Shown in pieces: positions 46,051 through 51,676 of a stretch of DNA of 51,676 bases. This DNA is from a virus (Duplodnaviria > Caudoviricetes): the IMG/VR virus record IMGVR_UViG_3300009183_000012, positions 1 through 51,676 of that record; one strand, 5' to 3'. Numbering within the stretch: position 1 is the stretch's first letter; each line of letters opens with the position of its first letter. A model generated the notes under the pieces. It was given only the letters and a program-made list of their open reading frames with translations, did not search any database and was not told where the DNA came from. Position numbers and translations under genes: made by a program.

Positions 46051-48018
46051 ATGAAAGTATGCCTAGATTTCGAGACCCGTAGCCGTGCAGATCTCACCTC
46101 CGTGGGTGCCCACCGCTACGGTTGCGATCCATCCACCGAGGTGTTCATGGCCGCAGTCTCCGACCTTGAAGACGAGTACGCCCCGGTCTACCTGTGGATC
46201 AACCCCAAGTTCGCAGACGCTGGCGTCACGTCGGACATCGAGGCCCTGCCGTTTGTCCGGGCTGCGACCGAGGTCCATGCCCACAACGCCCCCTTTGAGC
46301 AGGCGATTTGCAGTGGTACGGGAATGCTGCCCGAGATCGGCCTCAACAAATGGCGTTGCACCGCAGCCATGGCCCGCATTGCCGCGCTGCCTGACTCGCT
46401 GGAGAAATGCGGCGAGGCTCTCGATATCTCCAACAAGAAGGACAAGCTGGGCAAAGACCTCATCAAGTTTTTCTCGCTGCCGCAGGAAGACGGAACCTTC
46501 AATGAACCCCGCGAGCACCGGCGGGAGTGGGCACAGTTCTGCGAGTACTGCCGCCAAGACGTGCGGGCAGAGAAGGAGATTCATAATCGCCTGAAAACCC
46601 GTTTCAGTTTGGTTGGAGCCAATCTGGACACGTTCCAATTCACGCTCCGTCTCAACGACACGGGGGTGCCGGTCAATATGACTGCCCTGCGCAACGCCCA
46701 GAGCATTCTCACCGAGGTGGAGACCGAGGCTGGGGCAGAGTTCTTCCAGTTGACCAAGCTCAACATCACCCAGCGGGCCAAGATCCTTGCACTGTTGCAG
46801 GCTGGCGGATTGCAGATCGACGACATGCAGGGCGACACGTTGCAGACAGCTCTTGCCGAGCAATTCATGACCCCCGCCATCCGCCGGGTGCTGGAACTGT
46901 ACTGCCAGTTGTCATACGCTGCGACCAAGAAGATCACGTCCATGTTGAACTGGGCCTGCCCCGACGACCGACTCCATGGAGTGTTCAAGTTCTACGGCGC
47001 GGGCACGGGTCGCTGGACTGCTGGCGGACCACAGGTGCAGAACGCGAAGAAGCCTTCCAAGGAGATGCGCCCCATCGTGGCTGATGCCTTTGCCTATGTC
47101 GCCAAGGGAGGCACGGCAGAGGGTCTGCGGGCAGTCTATGGAGAACCCATTGAGGTGCTCTCCTCCTGCATCCGGCAGTTCATCCAATCACCTGACGGTC
47201 AGTTGTTGGATGGAGACTACAACGCCATCGAGGCACGCATCGCCTGCTGGGTAGCCGGTGAGACTGTGGCCTTGGACGAGTATCGCCGTGGTGTGGACCG
47301 CTACCGGACCATGGCGGCAGAGATCTACTCGGTCCGCGTCACCGACGTCACCAAGGACCAGCGGGAGGTGGGCAAGCGGGCGATCCTCGGGCTGGGTTAC
47401 GGCATGGGGTCGGAGAAATTCCGGAGTTCCTGCCGGGATCTTTACGGCATCATCCTTAGCGACCAACTGGCTGAAGACGCCAAGCATGCTTTCCGGAACA
47501 CCCATCCTAAGATGGTCTCCTGTTGGAAAGCTTTGGACCGGGCCATACGCTATGCGGTGGGAGGCAGGTCAACCTTCACTGCGGGGGATGGGGACATGAT
47601 CTCCATCTGGAAGGAAGAGGCTGCCGGAATCCCCTATCTCTTTGTCCGCCTGCCCTCGGGTCGCCGCTTGGCCTATCCCCATCCCAAGGTGGAAGACGAC
47701 CCGAAGTTCGGCACCCAATTCACCTACTGGGGGGCGCTCCCCGGCTCGACCCAATGGGGCAGAGTGAAACTTTATGGGGCAAAGCTGTTTGAAAATATCT
47801 GCCAAGCCATTGCCGCAGACATCATGTCCCATGGAGCGAGAGTGGCCGAGTCGAGGTGGATGCTGCCGTTCGCCCTGATCCACGATCAGGCGCTGGCTGT
47901 CGCGCTCCCCAACCAGAACCCGTCAGATTTCTCCACTGCCCTCGCCTCCTCGCCTTCATGGGCGGAAGGTTTGCCACTCAAGGTCGAGGCCCATTTCGCA
48001 CCCTATTATTCCAAATGA
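46051..48018 (+). CDS. Family A DNA polymerase (APSE-like) with 3'-5' exonuclease
   Basis: LDFETRS, AHNAPFE, YC.QDV, GAGTGRW, DYNAIEAR, GK..ILGLGYG, ENICQA.A.D, IHDQ. Confidence 0.9.
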   Translation: MKVCLDFETRSRADLTSVGAHRYGCDPSTEVFMAAVSDLEDEYAPVYLWINPKFADAGVTSDIEALPFVRAATEVHAHNAPFEQAICSGTGMLPEIGLNKWRCTAAMARIAALPDSLEKCGEALDISNKKDKLGKDLIKFFSLPQEDGTFNEPREHRREWAQFCEYCRQDVRAEKEIHNRLKTRFSLVGANLDTFQFTLRLNDTGVPVNMTALRNAQSILTEVETEAGAEFFQLTKLNITQRAKILALLQAGGLQIDDMQGDTLQTALAEQFMTPAIRRVLELYCQLSYAATKKITSMLNWACPDDRLHGVFKFYGAGTGRWTAGGPQVQNAKKPSKEMRPIVADAFAYVAKGGTAEGLRAVYGEPIEVLSSCIRQFIQSPDGQLLDGDYNAIEARIACWVAGETVALDEYRRGVDRYRTMAAEIYSVRVTDVTKDQREVGKRAILGLGYGMGSEKFRSSCRDLYGIILSDQLAEDAKHAFRNTHPKMVSCWKALDRAIRYAVGGRSTFTAGDGDMISIWKEEAAGIPYLFVRLPSGRRLAYPHPKVEDDPKFGTQFTYWGALPGSTQWGRVKLYGAKLFENICQAIAADIMSHGARVAESRWMLPFALIHDQALAVALPNQNPSDFSTALASSPSWAEGLPLKVEAHFAPYYSK

Positions 48019-48287
48019 AAATACCCACCAAATATCAGATTTTTGAGGACACTGTGGAAATCTTGGACAAAGACGTCGAACGTCTGTCCTCCTGCATCGG
48101 AGGATGGAACCGGCTGCATGAACTGTTCATGCTGGGCGGCGTCAACGAGCCCGATCTCAAACGTCTTGTCGTCATGGAGCTAATGGGCAAGCAGCGCAAA
48201 CCCCTGCTCGCCCGCCTGCTGGGTCGGCTGGCCAAGCTGGATCGCCAACGCTACACCCGGCGCATTGATCAGGTCATCAACCTGTGA
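48015..48287 (+). CDS. Hypothetical protein
   Basis: ATGA-coupled start at 48015. Confidence 0.6.
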   Translation: MKIPTKYQIFEDTVEILDKDVERLSSCIGGWNRLHELFMLGGVNEPDLKRLVVMELMGKQRKPLLARLLGRLAKLDRQRYTRRIDQVINL

Positions 48288-48568
48288 TGACCGAAGCCCA
48301 ACTGGAACGCAAGGTGGTGGAGTTCTGCCATGAGTATAAGCTCCTCACCTACAAGTTCTCCTCCCCCGCCCACCGAGGAGTGCCTGACCGCGTCATCCTT
48401 TACCACGGTCGCGCCCTCTTCCTTGAACTGAAACGCCCCGGCAAGAAGCCCACCAAGCTGCAAGAGCGGGAACTGGGGCAGCTGCGGGCCTCGGGTTGCG
48501 CCGCCGACTGGGCCGACAACTTGGAGACTGCCCGTAATATCATCCTCAAATTCGCCGTCTCCACATGA
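48284..48568 (+). CDS. VRR-NUC nuclease
   Basis: E..LE, KF.SP..RGVPDR, FLELKRPG..PT.LQ. Confidence 0.85.
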   Translation: MMTEAQLERKVVEFCHEYKLLTYKFSSPAHRGVPDRVILYHGRALFLELKRPGKKPTKLQERELGQLRASGCAADWADNLETARNIILKFAVST

Positions 48569-49878
48569 TCTTAAAACTTGAGCCCTACCAAGTCCAACTA
48601 CGCGACTTCCTATTGTCCCATGATCGTGCCTACACCAACGTGGGATTGGGATTGGGCAAGACGGCATCCACGTTGGATGCACTCAACCACCTGTTCATGG
48701 ATGGTGCCATCAGTTCTGCGCTGGTGGTGGCTCCGCTTCGCGTGGCTCGGATGACTTGGCCCAACGAGATCCGCAAGTGGGGTCAGTTCCAGTGGATGAA
48801 GTCCGAGATCCTTGCAGGCAAGCCCCCCTCTGGGAAAGCCCAGATCTACCTCATCAACTACGAACGGCTGGCGCAGTTAAAGTCTCTGGACTTCTGCGAC
48901 GTGGTCATCTTCGACGAGATCACCAAGGCCAAGAACCCCAACAGTCTTCGCATCAAGGCCATCCGCCCCTTGTTCAAGCATCATCGTCGTTGGGGTCTGA
49001 CGGGGACACCTCGCCCCAACTCCCTGCTGGAGTTGTTCGCCCAAGTGCGGCTGATCGACGACGGCGTGAGACTGGGCCGAACGTTCAGTGGATACCGGGA
49101 TGGCTACTTTTTCCCGACCGACTACATGCGCTACAACTGGGAGCCCAAGGCAGGGTCAGAGGCTAGGGTCTACGCCAAGCTGTCCGACATCACCATCACA
49201 CTCCGCAGCAGCGACCACCTCAACGTGCCAGACACCATCTTAGAGGACGTCGAGGTATGCCTCCCACCCAAGGCCCGAAAGGCTTATGACACTTTGGAGA
49301 AAGAGTTCCTCATCGTCCTCCGCAAAGAGGTGATCGCCCGCAACGCTGCCACCCTCGCAGGCAAGCTGCACCAGATCGCGGGGGGCAACATCTACAACGA
49401 GGCAGGCGAGCCGGAAGAACTGCACGACGCCAAGCTTGTCGCCCTGAAGGCGCTGATCAAACGCGCCCCCACCGAAAGAGTGTTGGTTGCTTGCCAGTAC
49501 ATCCACGAACGGGAGCGGGTCTGCAAAGCCTTCCCGCAAGCGGTTAATGCGGCCAAGTTCAAGGGCGACATCGAGCAGACGTGGAACTCGGGATCAATCC
49601 CCATGCTTGTGGCCGATCCCCGGTCACTGGGCCACGGTCTCAACCTGCAACAGGGCGGCAGGACAATCATCTGGTACAGTCCGACGTGGAGCCGGGAACT
49701 CTACGATCAGTTCAACGCCCGCGTGGCCCGCAAAGGCCAAGCCACTCAGCCCCTCCTCTATCGCATCATCGCCACCGACACCATTGACGAGGCCATCGTC
49801 GCCACCCTCCGCGAACGAGGGGACGCCCAGCATGAGATGTCCCGCGTCATGGCCAATTACCTTAACCTGAACCCATGA
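48565..49878 (+). CDS. SNF2-family helicase
   Basis: GLGKT, IFDE, LTGTP..N, GHGLNLQ.GG, QFNARVAR.GQ. Confidence 0.9.
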   Translation: MILKLEPYQVQLRDFLLSHDRAYTNVGLGLGKTASTLDALNHLFMDGAISSALVVAPLRVARMTWPNEIRKWGQFQWMKSEILAGKPPSGKAQIYLINYERLAQLKSLDFCDVVIFDEITKAKNPNSLRIKAIRPLFKHHRRWGLTGTPRPNSLLELFAQVRLIDDGVRLGRTFSGYRDGYFFPTDYMRYNWEPKAGSEARVYAKLSDITITLRSSDHLNVPDTILEDVEVCLPPKARKAYDTLEKEFLIVLRKEVIARNAATLAGKLHQIAGGNIYNEAGEPEELHDAKLVALKALIKRAPTERVLVACQYIHERERVCKAFPQAVNAAKFKGDIEQTWNSGSIPMLVADPRSLGHGLNLQQGGRTIIWYSPTWSRELYDQFNARVARKGQATQPLLYRIIATDTIDEAIVATLRERGDAQHEMSRVMANYLNLNP

Positions 49879-50480
49879 ATAAATCCATCCCCCAACACCT
49901 CTACGGCTTGGTCGACCAAGGCATCTTGCGCGGTTCGATCAAGGAGACCGGAGAACATGAACGCTGCGTGATGTTTGGCGTGACCTCTATCCCCTCACGC
50001 GCCCTCCACTTCTCGATCCTTTGCGAATCCGGTGCGCAGTGGGCGCGGATACCGCTGCACAAGCTACGGCATGAGAAGCCCACCTCCGGGCAAGTTCACG
50101 ACCTCCCCCAACTGCAATCGTGGGACTGTCACGGCTGGGACTTTTGCGTGACCCAGTACGAGTATCTGCGAGAGATGAACTGCCAGTACAAGACTCGCGA
50201 CGGAGTCATGATCCCGGCCAAGTACTGGTTCACTTTGGACCACACCGATAACGGCTACAGTCAGTATCCGCCAGAGCACAAATGTTACCACGTCCTGTTG
50301 CTGGATGATGGCTCAGGCCAGATCGCCGCTCAACCCAACAACCGAATCTTGTGGCGTGACGACAGTTTTGTACGCCCCAACCCTGCACAGATTTCAGAAT
50401 ACCGAGTGATGCCCGCAAAAACGTGGCACGCAGAAGTGGGCCGCAATGCGGACCTAACAAAGATAACCCAAGAAACATGA
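49875..50480 (+). CDS. Conserved hypothetical phage protein
   Basis: ATGA-coupled; Q.WDC, EHKCYHVL.L..GQIAAQPNNR motifs. Confidence 0.7.
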   Translation: MNKSIPQHLYGLVDQGILRGSIKETGEHERCVMFGVTSIPSRALHFSILCESGAQWARIPLHKLRHEKPTSGQVHDLPQLQSWDCHGWDFCVTQYEYLREMNCQYKTRDGVMIPAKYWFTLDHTDNGYSQYPPEHKCYHVLLLDDGSGQIAAQPNNRILWRDDSFVRPNPAQISEYRVMPAKTWHAEVGRNADLTKITQET

Positions 50481-51106
50481 ATACACCAATCACAGTTTGC
50501 CCAAACTTCGCTCGCAAGCTGGAGCGCGAACTCGCCGCACTCTCCGCCGAGCGCGACCAACTCCGCGCCCTTCTGGTTTACGCCGATCAGATTTTAGACG
50601 ACATCGACACCTGCTCGGATGCTCACAAGCCAATGTATTCAAGTTACTCACAAAACGTGTTTAAGTTGTGCATAAAGGGTAGAGATTCTCGCCGCGCTGC
50701 CATCGCCGACAGCGAGGCTCGTGCGTGCGACCAACTCCGCGCCGAGGTGAAATTGTTGAGCGAGTGGCAACAAGGCGTTATCGAAAACGCGAGAGCGCAC
50801 CACGCAGAACGCAAAGATGCCAACGCCCGCGCCGAACGCGCCGAGGCGGAGCTTGCTGACCATAAGACCGCTCTGGAAATCGCCAACCGTTCCGCCGACG
50901 AGCAAATGCGCTACAAGCGCGAAGCCGAGGCCGAACTCGCCACCGAGCGGGCGCGGTTGGATGCCGTGGTAGCTAACTGCTGGGCGGTTCATTCGGAGGG
51001 CGGGAGTTCGTTCTCGGTATTTAGCAACGTATGCGGCGACTACATCGCGACGGCACAGACCTACCGCGCTGCCATCGACGCGGCGATGAAGGAGGAAACC
51101 AAATGA
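50477..51106 (+). CDS. Coiled-coil mosaic paralogue 1
   Basis: ATG 50477; shared modules LERELA, IADSEARA, DQLRAEV, RAERAEAE, ATERARLD, RAAIDAAM. Confidence 0.75.
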   Translation: MNTPITVCPNFARKLERELAALSAERDQLRALLVYADQILDDIDTCSDAHKPMYSSYSQNVFKLCIKGRDSRRAAIADSEARACDQLRAEVKLLSEWQQGVIENARAHHAERKDANARAERAEAELADHKTALEIANRSADEQMRYKREAEAELATERARLDAVVANCWAVHSEGGSSFSVFSNVCGDYIATAQTYRAAIDAAMKEETK

Positions 51107-51657
51107 GCACACCGACACCACGGACGGACGCCGCTTGGGCGGCATCGTTTTCACCGGAAAAACCCGGCTTTAATATGCGCGACCTCGCCAGCACGCTGGA
51201 GCGCGAACTTGCGGACCAAGCTGCACGATTTCACGACGAGCTTGCTCGCAGGCAGGAAACGGTGAGAGCAAACAACAAGTTAAACAAAAAGGAACTCGAT
51301 CAACTCCGCGCCGAGGTGGAGCGGTTGAAGACCGCCCTTTCAAAGTCCTGCGACGACGAGCGCGAAATGTCCATCAGTGAAGGACCGGCGCACGGCGTCT
51401 GCGGATTGGCCGTAGAACTGATGACCCGCGCCGAACGCGCCGAGGCCGAGGTGGCGAGACTCAAGGCGGACGGAGCTGCAAGTGCGTTCATTGATATGGC
51501 TTGCCGTGCATCGCACGCCGAGGCTGAACTCGCCACCGAGCGGGCGCGGCTGGATTGGCTCGAAACGCCATCAGGCATGGATTGGCAGTGGGAACCGGAG
51601 CGGCTGACGGTGAGTCGCGCAAGTATTGACGCGGCTATGAAGGAGGATGCGAAATGA
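51103..51657 (+). CDS. Coiled-coil mosaic paralogue 2
   Basis: ATG 51103 after AAGGAGG; same modules. Confidence 0.75.
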   Translation: MSTPTPRTDAAWAASFSPEKPGFNMRDLASTLERELADQAARFHDELARRQETVRANNKLNKKELDQLRAEVERLKTALSKSCDDEREMSISEGPAHGVCGLAVELMTRAERAEAEVARLKADGAASAFIDMACRASHAEAELATERARLDWLETPSGMDWQWEPERLTVSRASIDAAMKEDAK

Positions 51658-51676
51658 ACACACCCACCGAGGCGCA
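51554..51676. repeat. Terminal overlap, identical to 1-123
   Basis: Direct sequence identity. Confidence 0.95.

Overview
The window is an apparently complete, circularly assembled genome (~51.55 kb; bases 1-123 are repeated exactly at 51554-51676) of a tailed dsDNA phage with podovirus-like gene content. The minus-strand late block (~28.5 kb to 0.9 kb) runs: terminase large subunit, portal, scaffold, SU10/DUF5309-type major capsid protein, adaptor/nozzle/fibre proteins, several ejection-type proteins including a 2365-aa polyvalent LPD38-like protein, an S26-like peptidase and holin-like genes. The plus-strand early/replication block (34.5-51.7 kb, wrapping to 0.86 kb) runs: MoxR-like AAA ATPase, DUF3150-like protein, VWA metallopeptidase, four tandem (Gly-X)n genes with a DUF6948-like partner, primase-helicase, DUF2800, DUF2815, APSE-like PolA, VRR-NUC and SNF2 helicase. 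I could not recognise an integrase, ParB, Xer recombinase, reverse transcriptase or endolysin. The most unusual signals are: (1) a ~1.9 kb non-coding control region containing an AT-rich inverted repeat with 22-bp iterons, a XerCD dif-like site, polar G-rich repeat arrays including four tandem GCTGGTGG (Chi), a parS-like site, and a structured leader with a perfect Shine-Dalgarno before a Met-Gly-stop minigene; (2) a type II hammerhead ribozyme inside the early operon; (3) a translationally coupled array of variable Gly-X genes; (4) a second array of mosaic paralogues built from shared DNA modules. A Verrucomicrobia/PVC host is an inference only. All family assignments come from motif recognition by eye, not from database searches.
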